This document shows positions 25,204 to 36,579 of a stretch of DNA of 64,000 nt, one piece after another. A program made the position numbers and the translations under genes. Under the pieces are notes generated by a model that was given only the letters and a program-made list of their open reading frames with translations, had not been told where the DNA came from and ran no database searches. Every line of letters begins with the position of its first letter. Positions within the stretch are counted from its first letter, which is position 1. Origin of the DNA: Eremomyces bilateralis CBS 781.70 (Eukaryota); assembly GCA_010015585.1 (NCBI GenBank), contig ML975150.1; one strand, written 5' to 3'.

Positions 25204-25469
25204 CGTAAAACAAAGTGAACGACAGTAAAAGAAAGTACTGATCTGCAAAGAGAATATTCGACAACAATCCAAGAACTTTTCATCGGTACGTACCTTATCT
25301 TTTATAATGAAGAGGATTAAGAGCCAGGATGCTCGGATCACACCACGTGTCGCCCCTGTGCCTTGGCTAATTTCGTTGTATGCACAGGCAGCCGGAGATA
25401 AGTATGTTAGAGTATTGGGCTATTGGCAGTCACTGACTCACCAGAGAGGTCTAAACGGAGAGGCTGCGA

Positions 25470-25691
25470 TGAAGAAATTATGTCCCGCCTGGTCTCCGGA
25501 GAACCGGATCTTTTCATATCCAAGCTTCTTCTTGCCGGTGTCATTTTCGATGCCCTGGAAAGCAACCTCCTCCTTGTTATCGGCATCCCATGTACCGTAT
25601 GTGATAGTATAGCATAGGGAGGTATTGGATCGTCCTCAGAGAACTTCTTGAGACTGAATGTGCCAGTGTCGCTGCGTTGTAGGAGTCGCAT
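25470..25691 (-). pseudogene. HET-domain gene fragment (frameshifted, truncated)
   Basis: MRLLQ...IPPYAILSHT, then in another frame EEVAFQGIENDTGKKKLGYEKIRF; no downstream WVDTCCI motif visible. Confidence 0.75.
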
Positions 25692-26010
25692 GGTTACCTA
25701 TTATGGAGAGGCTTGATGCTTGCAAATCGCAACTGGTGGAGGCGTGGAGATCGGGTATTCCCTGCACTCGGGCTGGTACAGACCGTCCAGTGCTCAACTT
25801 CTCTGCTAGTGCCGTAATAAAATAGGGATAATTTGTCAATAAGCCACGTGGGTCTGTACTTAAAAAGAAAAATATCGCGCTAGCGGAGACGGGATGTTGC
25901 CGGTAATAGACTAATAGTGCTATTTGGGGGCGGGAATTCGGGAGCTACCGGTAGTCACCCACCCTCCTCCTTCTCGATCCTGGCAAAAACGAAGCAAAAA
26001 AACAAAAAAA

Positions 26011-26040
26011 ACATACAGCAATGGGAGTTCCCCTATGGTC
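26011..26040 (-). rRNA. 5S: 3' fragment of a split 5S rRNA gene, followed by a Pol III-type T tract
   Basis: Minus strand GACCATAGGGGAACTCCCATTGCTGTATGT, then TTTTTTTGTTTTTTT. The 3' GCTGTATGT pairs with the 5' ACATACGGC of the half at 46689. Confidence 0.9.
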
Positions 26041-26144
26041 TCCCAGCGGTATAAACGAGGTCGAAAACAGAGGGTCAATACCGCCGAAAGACGAGGGCCC
26101 GTCGAAAATACACTCTGGTAAGGATCGTAAAGATGCCCTTTCTC

Positions 26145-26284
26145 TGTTGAAATTAGGTGAAATTGCTTGCTTGATTGTTCTAAGATGTTGAAGACATAGG
26201 ATTCCTTTTATAGTAGGAATTGTTGTGCTAACACTTTGTCCTGTGTTCTCTTCCTTAACACTTCCAGTCATCCTTTTTCCAACA
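26145..26284. mobile_element. Solo LTR, family D, in the Starship left arm
   Basis: TGTTG...CAACA termini; TSD TTCTC (26140-26144, 26285-26289); absent from the homologous arm at 19.8 kb. Confidence 0.85.
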
Positions 26285-28112
26285 TTCTCCCTAGTTTTCC
26301 AGTCTCGCTCTCAATCAGGAGTCCTGTTCGCAGTTTCTACAATCTCGCCCTCAGTCAGGATCTCCGTTCGCAGTTCTACAGTACTCTTCTTCAGTTCCAG
26401 TTCCATCGGGTTCGGAGGTAGTCGACACTATCAACGCTCCACGCAGCCAAAATCCTCGGCGTCTATTCCAAGATACGTCTTTGACTATGGCGCCACGACG
26501 CACTATTCGAAAGGGCGAAGCCGGAGAACAAGAGGCAAAGGAGCTTCTAGCTGGCTTCCAGAGCAAGCCCCTCGACGATACGGTCCCAGTGTCGGACAGA
26601 ACTACCTACAAGCGCGGCTACGCCATGGGGCTCTTCAAGGAGTACGAAACACCTGGACTTATCATGCCTATGACCTACACTCACATCCTCTAGATACGTT
26701 CGAGACGTCCTACACCGCGAGCCGGACGATACCTGGTTATCCCTTTGCAGCTCTTCACCAGTAGAGGTAGCCTTGGCTCAGGATACATGTCGTGCCTTTC
26801 TCCAGACCTACGTCTCCGACTCTTGGGACTCCCGGGTTGCGTTGGGAGATCAAGAATCCGAGGAGGTCTGACAGGTTAATCGAGCATCATCTGTCCTAAC
26901 AGTTGTGGAGAGCTCTTGTGCAGGAAGGAGATGAATCAGTCCTTGCACCCAAAAGAAGAGAGAACAGGCATGCCGCGAGGCAATGGAGGCTCGTCAATCC
27001 AAGTGGAAAACTGATTTTAGGACCCGTGTGGGAGATACCTAATGTAAGGTCTGCCCTCTATTTGTGCGGAGAAGGATACTAACGTCCCTGTAGTAGATTG
27101 TCCACGACCTTCCTTTGCTTACCGGTATCTCTAACGAACTTAAGCGCCAAAAGCGGGCCGCGACTGCTCAGGATATAGTAGTCATTATGCAGGCTCTCCT
27201 GAATCGACACGGCGATATCCTTCACTCTACGGCACAACTTAGCGACTTCGCCATGATCGTGCTCTGTATGGCTATTGGCGGATTCCGGACCGACTGTCCT
27301 AGAAACCTGAAGTATGCAGACGTCAGGATAGGGCTCGCTAACCTTAGGGGAAAACGAACGCGTTCGTACGAATCCGAATGCCAGAAAACAATCTGCGAGT
27401 GGCTTCCCTAAAGCCTGCGAGCCCCAGGCGCGAGTTTGCCGTGACCATTTTGCCATGCCGACTGGTCTGCCTTACTAGTCACATCATTGGCCGCGCTCTA
27501 GCACGGCGTACTTTCAGGGCCGGATATACGTCCTTTAGTGAAGTTTTGACCTAGCCGAACCTTCGACGTTGCAAAATTCTTTTCCTTCTGTGGGCACAGG
27601 GACTGAACGATTCCCCATTCGTCGATATCAGCGGGTCACAGTTCTACAGGATATGGTATCGCTACTACGAAGTCGCCGGCATAGAGGATCCTCCGATCCC
27701 CTACTCTATGCGGGTCGGTTCCGGGGGCAAAATTATCGGAATTCTCGGCGAGCTGCTTGAGAATTGGATGCTTATACACAAATCGAATACCCACCAGGAG
27801 TATTATTTCCCGGACTACATGTCTCAGAATCTAACGTGTGTCACGCTGGGCGTGCTCGCGCCTCCTGAGGATCAGGCGGTTGCATATATTGTTACATTGC
27901 TTGGCGCGCAACTCGCAAAAAAACTGCCAAATTTGGGTAACAACTTTTGCAATCGTATAGAATCCTGGATTTCGCCTCCAATACGCGTATCTATATCAAT
28001 TTGACGCGTTTTTGTACCGATTAGCGTGTTTATCGTGATGCCTGACAGGTATTAGTCTATATCTGTTGCGGAAGACGTGTTTTGATGATAATCTAGAGCG
28101 GCATCGACGCCT

Positions 28113-29246
28113 ATACGCCCCCCGCGAGGAATCGATGGAAGCAGGCGGTCTAAACTCGCTCGATATCTCCTTCTCAATTGGGATAAGAAGGAGATAGCCG
28201 ACGAGCTCAAAGTCAGTCGGAAGACAGTCTATAATTACGAGAAGAACATCCTTCCCCACGGTTCAGTTCGAGCGCCTCCGACAGGGCGTACTCTTGGACG
28301 ACAGCGGCGAATGACCCGAGCGGATGAGGATGCACTCCTACAGAAACTGTTATATGATGGATGGTCATACCTAGACGAGATGGTATATTGGTTATATATG
28401 GAGAGGGATGTCAGCGTTAGCCAGTCAACGGTCTGTCGAATGCTAAAGAGACGTGGATGGAACCGGAAAGAACTCCATCGGATTGCACAAGGGTAGAGCC
28501 GTGAGCTCCGGGATAGATTCAAGCAGGAGATGAGCCAATACGATACGGAAGATATCGTCTGTCTTGATGAGGCGATCTTCAACGACAAGACGGGATGGAG
28601 ATACCGCGCCTATGCACCCCGAGGGCATACCGCGAATACCTATGATACGGTGCGTCGAGGGGAGACTCACGGTGTAATTGGGGCATACTGTACGGATGGG
28701 CTCCTGTGTGTGGGTATCAAGAAGGGGTATTATTCGCGCGTTGACTTCCTTGAATGGCTCCGGGATACGCTCCTACCGTCGTTGGCGCGGAGATCACCAC
28801 GACCTCAATTGGTATTAATGGATAACGTCTCTATCCATGTTGCCGAAGAGGTGATCCAGATGATCGAAGCAGAGGGACATCTGGTTCTGTTTTCACCACC
28901 GTACTCACCAGATTTTAACCCAATCGAGATGGTGTGGTCGGTCCTGAAGGCCTGGATTCGACGCAATCATCTCTTCGTTAGAGAGCGCTTCCCTAATTAC
29001 GCTCTGTTCCTCCATTTCGCCATTCGAGCAAGTCGGTGCGATAGGTTCGCACTAGAACACTTCCATCACGCTGCAGATGGAACATACTTAGATGCTGATC
29101 AGCTAGAGGAGCTTCAGCAGCAGCTGTTTGAATATGAGACTGGGGAAGGATACACCGAAGAGGTCCCTATAGCTAGGGAGTTTCCTGTTGCTGAAGCGTT
29201 CCCTATCGTCGTGCGCGACGACGGGCCTGACGATAGAGATGTTTGA
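28113..29246 (+). pseudogene. DD34E transposase (IS630/Tc1-like) with one in-frame TAG at 28494
   Basis: HTH KEIADELKVSRKTVYNY; CLDEA, LMDNVSIH, PPYSPDFNPIEMVWS. Hand count gives 34 residues between the second D and E. Start position is approximate. Confidence 0.88.
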
Positions 29247-29487
29247 TGACAGCATCCCTTTGTTTTAATTGACTCATTTTATATATTGTCTCGACACTCT
29301 AGGTAGTAATAATATAGCTTCTGGATAAGTATGTGGTCTCAAATACCCCGAAAGAGAGAGCGCTGCCGAGATTCGAACCCAGATTATCTGTTCCCCCGAC
29401 CACCCCGCCGAGGGACTAGTGGGGACAGGCAAACGAATGAGAGATAGGGAAAGAAGGCATGATCTAGGAACATCCCGTGGTAGAACT

Positions 29488-32131
29488 TCATATAGGATCA
29501 TCCCGTGGAGGGAGGAAACCTCCTCCGGTTCCGGTTACCCTCGGATTACGCATATCCAGTAGGGCGGATGCTGTTCTCGCAGCATCGATATGGCCCTTGC
29601 CCTTAACCTCGCTCTTGAACAGGCGTAGATCTGACTTAAACTGACGTGCCATACCGTCAGTGATACCCTTCGCTAGAGCGAGTGAGTATAACCGTGTATC
29701 TGGATCAGACATAGTCTTCATATCATCTAGCGTCCAGTCGTTTTGTACAATGGTCTCCTTAGCCCGCATCAATTTATCCTGACGTATCTCCGATTGCGTG
29801 TTCCGGATCTTCCAATCAAAGAACTTTATCACTATCTCGATATCGTCTTCGTCCGTGTTGATGGGGCTCGATGGAGCGCTTTGGGAGATGGGGGCGACAG
29901 AAGCTTGACGAGGGCGGTGGTCTTGAGCAGACTGAGGGCGATATTCAGTGTTCGCGAATGTGGTAGGCGGATGGTTGATATCCGACGGTGGCCCGCGAAA
30001 CTGATCTACACTAGATATCGTTAATACCAAGCTAATTCAGGTAACAGATTACTTACGGAGTGCGATGATGGTCCGATCCAGGAAATTGGAACGGCGTGCC
30101 GGCGTCGAAACCACGTCCGTATAACGACGATTGCCCGTATGGAGGGCGAGCCATAGACACCTGTTCTGCCATCTCTCTTTGTTCCTGACGTTGAGATCGT
30201 CGCTCGTTATTCCTCTGCATCTGTTCCTGCATCTCCATCTGCATCTGTATCTGTGTCATCTCCATTATCTGTTTCTGAGTCTCCTGGAACGATTCCATCA
30301 TCGATTTCGACTGCTGTGCGGCAGATAACTGCTTTGGGCGACGAGCAAGCTTATTCACGGCCCCATCCTGTTGCCAGACACGAACCAATTTGACAGGCGG
30401 GCTGGTCAGCGTTGCGTCTCCTGCGCGTATCGCGTTAGCCCAGGACTGCTGATGGATAGCGGTCATGTTATAATGGAGATGATCTGTTGGGTCAACCCAA
30501 CAGAAACCACGCCAGTTGTTACAGTTCTCGTCGTGGCACTGCCATCGATCGGTGATCTGTTTCTCATAGGCGCCAGCCACTTGTATACGCTCCATCCGAG
30601 CGTCCTGTTGAGATAACAGGTTCTGCGTACGACGAGTGGTCTTTGAGGAAGAGTCCGGGGCAGAAGGCGAGCTGGTAATCCGTACAGGGAGAGCATGATC
30701 TTGTGCTTTTGGAGTCGCTGTCTTTATACGCTTTTTTCCCTTAATACCCTCGCAGGTTATCCGGACAGAGAATATCACCCGGACTGGGGAATGGGGCCGT
30801 TCGGTAACGATATCCTCCGACATCGTATGGATACGTTTCGCGACGACTTCAGTAAAGTCCGTGATAGTCTGAGTCTGTATAGAACCACGCCCGGAAAGTG
30901 AGCGGCAAGAGACATCGAGATCACCGTAATCCCAATCCTCCCCATCAGTCCTCTCCTCAATCTTCGCTGATATCTCATCCTCAAGGACCGCGATATCAAA
31001 CTCGCTCGCACGGGACTTCTCTTTCTTCTCATCTCAGGCCTTCTTCGCATTGATATAGAGGTACCATTCAAGAATTATAGTCCAATCGAGTGGGACGGTA
31101 TCGAAATCTCTGTTTAATCGGCCGGAGGCGACTTCGTCGTTGACCTCTGACGTCGTCGGCGAAAGAATGACCATCTGTTCCCGGTGTTTCTTTAGCGCAC
31201 GCTTATCCATCTCAAGCTGGAGATGGTAATCGGTCGAGTCCTGGAGAGGCCTGAACCAGTCTCCCCGTTCAGGATCTTGATCATGGGGGGCCTATCCTGT
31301 CTAGCCCTGGTACGATCAATACCGGTCGAGAGGAATTCTTCAATCCCCTGTTGGTCTACAGGCGTCCTGATATGTGGCTGACGTTTTTGGCGCTGTATAA
31401 AACGGATGTCCTTGCCCGCCTTCGGCTGACCTTTCTATTTCTCTAGTTCCTCCCTTTGCATCCTCTTCGCTTGCTCGTGGTCCCGGGTAACCCCAGCTAG
31501 ATCATCGCAGATGACACTATATGCCCATGCTCTACCCGGTCGGTTATCTGGTGCCAAGTCACTGTCTAACCAGGCCTTATTCGAAGCGATAGTCGGGGAG
31601 TTATCGACATAACGAGATATCCCTGCTTGCCCTGGGCGCCTCTGGGCGTTGGGAGTAGTATCCACGTCGGTATCTGTATCATCCTCCTCTACTGATTCTT
31701 CAGTGCCAGTCTCCTCCTCTGTAGGAGGAGGTTGGCTACTTCCTCCGGACTTTTTAGCAGGTTGCTGCTTCGCCCTAGGTTTAGGAGGAGCGGTCGTTTT
31801 CTTTCGTTACCGTGGTCAGTTGCTCGGTCGTATCGCCGGATGAGGTTTCCTTCGACCGTTTAGCTCGCTGTTTTGGTGGTGCTTTGGGCTTAGAGGTGGC
31901 CTTTGACTTCGCGGCGGGTTTCTGTGCCGGTTGACTAGGAGCCTTCTGTTTCCGGGCCGGAGGAGCCAACACCTCCTCGTGGCGGTCTGCAATATCATCT
32001 CCAGCGTCTTCGTTCACGATCGGGTCCTCGAAGGTGACTCGACGACGGTTAGATCGGAGTCCATACGAAGGTGGAGGTATGAATTGAGAAGTTTGGGTCT
32101 TGCCCTTGGTCTTGGGGGGAAGAGGAGGCAT
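29488..32131 (-). pseudogene. Second gene of the TIR element: large unknown protein with a Cys/His motif (stops/frameshift; intron ~30011-30056)
   Basis: ORF pieces 31781-32131, 31435-31665, 30053-30823 and 29488-30030 chain together. Motif RWQCHDENCNNWRGFCWVDPTDHLHY...WANAIRAGDATLTSPP. Confidence 0.65.
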
Positions 32132-33632
32132 CTTGACCGGTCTGGCGTTCCACCCACGGTTAAGGAGGTCAAGATTACGAGAAATAGATCGATTCGTCAT
32201 ATAGATCACGATAAACACGTTGATGAGTATGAAAACACGTTAATTGGTACGAAAACGCGTCAAATTGGTATGGGATATGTGTATTGGGGGCGAAATCCAG
32301 GATTCTATACGATTGCAAAAGTCGTTACCCAAATTTGGCAGTTTTTTTGCGAGTTGCGCGCCAAGCAATGTAACAATATATGGATATGCAACCGCCTGAT
32401 GCCCTTTTCTCCCTCCTGGCGGATTTGTCTTCCACGGCGGATCCCCATGCCCCATGCCACCTGAGTGAGGACGAGGATAAAAAGCTTCTTGAGCGACGAG
32501 ATGTGCAAGCTCTCCAGGACCATAAAACGGGACAGCGCAACCTATTGGACCGGTTATCTTTCTTGGCTATTCGAGAGAAGTAGGAGAAATACTTTCGCAA
32601 GGTACAAGATGCAAGGGCGCTGGGCGGCAATATCACCATTGCCGAGTTGCCAATTTCGAACAGCGATGTCATCGTTGATGCAACGCCCGTTGATGAAGAA
32701 GGCCGGGCTTCATTTATTAAGTTACTGGCTAGCTACCCCCGCCTTTTGAAGAGAAGTAAGAGGTATGACTCTAACCGAAACGCTCAAGATCCATGTCCTC
32801 GGTCTATCTGTGTCCTTTGCAATCCGACTGGGAAGGTTTTATCTTTCTCACAACATTCGTCTCTCACCAGGCACTTTCAGATCAAACATTTACGACATCA
32901 TCACCTAGATCAAGGACGCGAATGCCCAGTTCCTGACTGTGGCCTGACTATTGACGCTGGTGTATCTCCGTTTTACTGTCACTTAGAACGCCAGCACGGC
33001 AAACACTATACACCCGCTGCTCATCGACGCATCGAACGTTCGATCTGCGTCCTCTGCGATCCGACCGGGCGTCAATTGTCCTTTTCCCAGCGCCAAAATT
33101 TGACAGAACATTTCAAGGCTGATCATCTACCCTCGGGCCACCTCGATCAAGCTCGTCAATGTCCAGTTCCTGACTGCGGGTCAATGATTGAAGCTGGAAT
33201 AGACCCCTTTTGCGGTCACTTGCAGTGCACGCATGGGAAGCATTACACGCCTCATCTGTGCAAAACTGGGTTAAAGCAGCGTGAACATCATCGATCATAT
33301 AAGCGAGTTCAACCAGCATCCGAACTTCAGAATAAGAGCACAGTTACGGTTAATGTAAAACGGAAAGCAGATGATGATACCGGGAGGAAATTGACCGACT
33401 TAGGTCTGCTCGAGCAAATGCTCCAGGAGGAAGTCTTTGCTGTACATTCGGATGAAGAACCGGTTACGAAGAAACGAAAGCAAAACGGAGTTGCAGATTA
33501 TTGAAGAATTCTAAGTTGGGTAACAGTTGACAGCATCGGTATCATAAAGCTCGTCAATGGAATTGGGATATAACTTAGGAGAAAATTGCAGCGTAAATCA
33601 TCTTCTTCCAACCTTCGATGCTATATATGTGA

Positions 33633-34380
33633 TTATAAGTAGTCATCTGACCTTGACGCGGCGTAGCAATGCTCACCCTGTGATCGCTTTGATCTGCTCC
33701 CGCTGTGTGCGGATTTCTCCAGGTCTGCAACCCGCTCTTCGAGGCTCGATATACCGGAGATAACGCGCTGCATTTCTTGTTGGTGATATCCTTGAATTAT
33801 ATGTATCACCTTATCCGCTGCAGACTTTGCAATTGAATGGGTATAGGTGACATGAGCTAGGTGTTGCTGCAGTGTAGCCATTGCAATATCTGACTGGTCT
33901 TGCTTCATTCTCCAGTCGGCTACGTGAATGTCCATACCGCGGTTCTTGTAAAAGTTAACATTTGTTCCTCCCAATAAAGAAGGATCAACTTGCCGTATTC
34001 TCCGTCTGAACATTAAAATCTGGAGACTCAGGGTTCAGCGGCCTACTATTAAGAAGCGTCGCTGATGGAGCGATGTGTTCCGTGGGACGGGAGTCCGGAT
34101 CCGGCAGGACAAAGTTGTCGTGTAACATATCTAATGCGTGCTCTACCATAGATAAGAACGTTGACGGAATCTGTCTTGAAGTGCTCTAAAAGGGCATTGT
34201 CAATATAAACCCATTTTCATTTGCTGAGGACCCGGAGCTTTCAGTCGCCCCAGACGCTTGAAATGACCACTTCTCCGGCACGACTCTACCGAAAATGTTC
34301 TGCGGCATCCAGTCCCATATAAAGATGAGTTGTTCTCGTTTTCGTTCACTGATCGCCCGGCTAAATGCCATCTGGGCCAC
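33633..34380 (-). pseudogene. Degenerate hypothetical cargo gene with C-terminal coiled coil
   Basis: ORF pieces 34186-34380 and 33633-34013 look protein-like (IWDWMPQNIFG; ISSLEERVADLEK); family not recognised. Confidence 0.4.
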
Positions 34381-35245
34381 TTTCGCCGGTTACATGTTCA
34401 TACCTAGAACACAATCTACGAAAAATGAGGAGCCACCCGTGGCACAAAGTGACATTGCCTCAGAAAACTCAAACCATATGGACCATATGGACAAGGAAGT
34501 GAATGCTGAGCCAGCAATCGACGGACAACGAGCACTCCCAAAAGAGAGTGGAGAGACCCTTTGTCTAGATCAAGTAAGAGAAGTCGCATGCAAACTACGA
34601 CAAAGAGATCGGAGTAGGCAGGGCCAGCCCTCAAGGGTAGAAAATATTTAGTAGGGTAGGGAGCCTCGTTCTATTAGTTAGACTTATCCGACTGATTCTA
34701 CTGAATAGTTGGATTTCAGGGTGATTTGATCATAAGCAGCAGAGTTGTATTGTGTGAGTTGCGTGTTCTAGAGCGAGAGAGGTTGCGCGAAAAGATTCGA
34801 AAATTGTTAAGAGTAACCTCCCTCCCTGCGTGCCGAGCCAGATCATGGGTACTTTTACTTCAGAGCAAGCCAGACACTGCACACACAGTGATATTTCTAA
34901 AGTTTTGTTTAATTCGTACGCTGTAGCCATTCCTTAACTTCGGGCCAACTTCTATCTAAAAAATTACGTTGGCATCGCCGCCTTGATATTATAAGGAAAA
35001 TAGATTGCCGAATACTCCTGTCTTCGGTATTTAAGTACACTTACTACTGAGTAGTAGGAGCCAGAGTTTCCAAAATTTGGTCGACTAGCACACCTTATAA
35101 ATCGCCCGGACTTTCAAACCCGTTCTTGGATAATCCTCAAGCTCGCTCTTCGAACCTAGTCACGTCGAAGCTGAACGTTGTTCTCTCTATCTCCTCCTCC
35201 TTAGTTCAGAAGTCCTTAAGCCCCCAATATCTTGGATAAGGGGGC

Positions 35246-36132
35246 TCACAGGTCTCCAATATTGCATTGCATCTCGATCATCAAAACCTTGAAGGCGGGC
35301 AGCATAGAATACTCCACGCTCCCAACAATGCCAACGTCTCGGAGCTCAAGAACTTCGAGCGTGCTAATCTCAAGTAGGCTTTCTATAAGGAAGGAGAATA
35401 CGTCATGGTCTAAAGAAAGTGCATCTGGCGATCTAGGACCGGAAATTGAGGCTTTTCTGAGCTTGCTAAATGCGGCTGTAATAGCTGCCTTTGTTTTAAA
35501 CAATTCCAGCGGCCACTTGCTAGAGCCACCCACATTTACGGAAAGAATTCGAAGGGTTGGGAGCATACGAAGGACGAAGAGGCTACCCCTCATCGAGCCA
35601 CCAACAATCAGCGTCACCGAGGACTGATTCGACTGGTTGACCCATCTTTCCGCATCGAGAAGATTAACTCGCCTCAAGCTAAGTTACGCCCCTTAACAAG
35701 GCTCCAGAGATCCTTTTAGATTTCGGGCATTACTTGGACCTGTTGAATAAAAGTACAGTTGGCTCAAATATTGCCCAATCTCTGTCACGCGTCCTTGTAA
35801 CGCTTCCAAAGCAGAGGATATATTTTAATAAATGTTCCTCTTTGTTCACATCGGAGGACCTCCACCACTTGATCTGCTGCTGAGTCCGTTCATGCTGTTG
35901 TAGACCAAAGAACATGGCATCATGAAGCATATGAATTTCAGAGCTCAGCTCTTCTCGTTTCATCTTCCAATGGGCAATTCGAATCTCTAAATACTGAACC
36001 AATATAAGTCAAGGTTAACATTAAAAAAAATGAGTTATGTACTAAAAGATCTTCTAGGTTGCTGGGAACACGAGGGCCGATCCCTTTAATAAGTCTATTG
36101 CGAATATCTTTGGGCGAAATAGAGCTTGTCAC
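35246..36132 (-). pseudogene. Degenerate hypothetical cargo gene
   Basis: Colinear ORF pieces 35938-36132, 35730-36002 and 35246-35677 in TA-enriched sequence; family not recognised. Confidence 0.35.
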
Positions 36133-36460
36133 TCCTAGAGAAGGAAAGATGGCTGCTGATGAATGCTTCTGATAGAGTTGGATCAGTTCATTGATTGGTA
36201 CAGGATGATGCTCCTAGTATACGGGAAATATCGGCCGAACAAGCGCCAGAGGCTTTCGTGCTCTTATAAGAGTATCGCTTAGAGAAGAGCCGCCTTGGTG
36301 CGACTATGAGGTCATTGCAAGGGGTTTCAATGGAGAAGATATGTAAAGGCAATAGGATGCTAGAAGGAAGTAAGGTTTTCGTTGGTTTGCTTGTTTTTAG
36401 CAAACTGATATGGTATTGGGGACGAGTGGAAGATTTTTTTTTACCATATACGCGAGTATC

Positions 36461-36579
36461 TGTAAAGGCTCAAACCTCGAAGGATTTGGTATAGCTGGAA
36501 CGCTGTTGATTTGCTAAAGAGAAAAAGGAAAAGATCTCTTTCACTGGCGATCTGCTATTTTACATCTGTGACTGTCACA
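36461..36579 (-). mobile_element. Internally deleted family-A solo LTR, inverted
   Basis: Reverse complement reads TGTGACAGTC-ACAGATGTAAAATAGCAGATCG...CCAAATCCTTCGAGGTTTGAGCCTTTACA, matching both ends of 15745-15932. TSD only partly preserved (GTATC/GTAGT). Confidence 0.75.

Larger units (their letters stand above)
27873..32398 (+). mobile_element. 4,526-bp IS630/Tc1-like DNA transposon with ~160-bp TIRs, AT target duplication and two convergent genes
   Basis: CAGGCGGTTGCATAT... at 27873 and its reverse complement ending at 32398 (the right TIR has 6 extra bp). AT at 27871-27872 and 32399-32400. Confidence 0.92.
26487..33504 (+). pseudogene. Captain: DUF3435-like tyrosine recombinase with C-terminal duplicated C2H2-like fingers; interrupted by a transposon at 27873-32398 and by stops/frameshifts
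   Basis: ATG 26487; intron ~26642-26693. Catalytic-type motifs MAIGGFR, PYSMRVGSG, NWMLIH..THQEYY. The spliced-out junction reads LGVLAPPE-D-ALFSLLADLSSTADPHAP. In-frame TAG at 32581, then the finger region to 33504. Confidence 0.82.

Noticed and set aside
35246..36132. Assignment as a DUF3723 Starship auxiliary gene
   Set aside because: The position fits, but no diagnostic motif was recognisable; an HMM search is needed.
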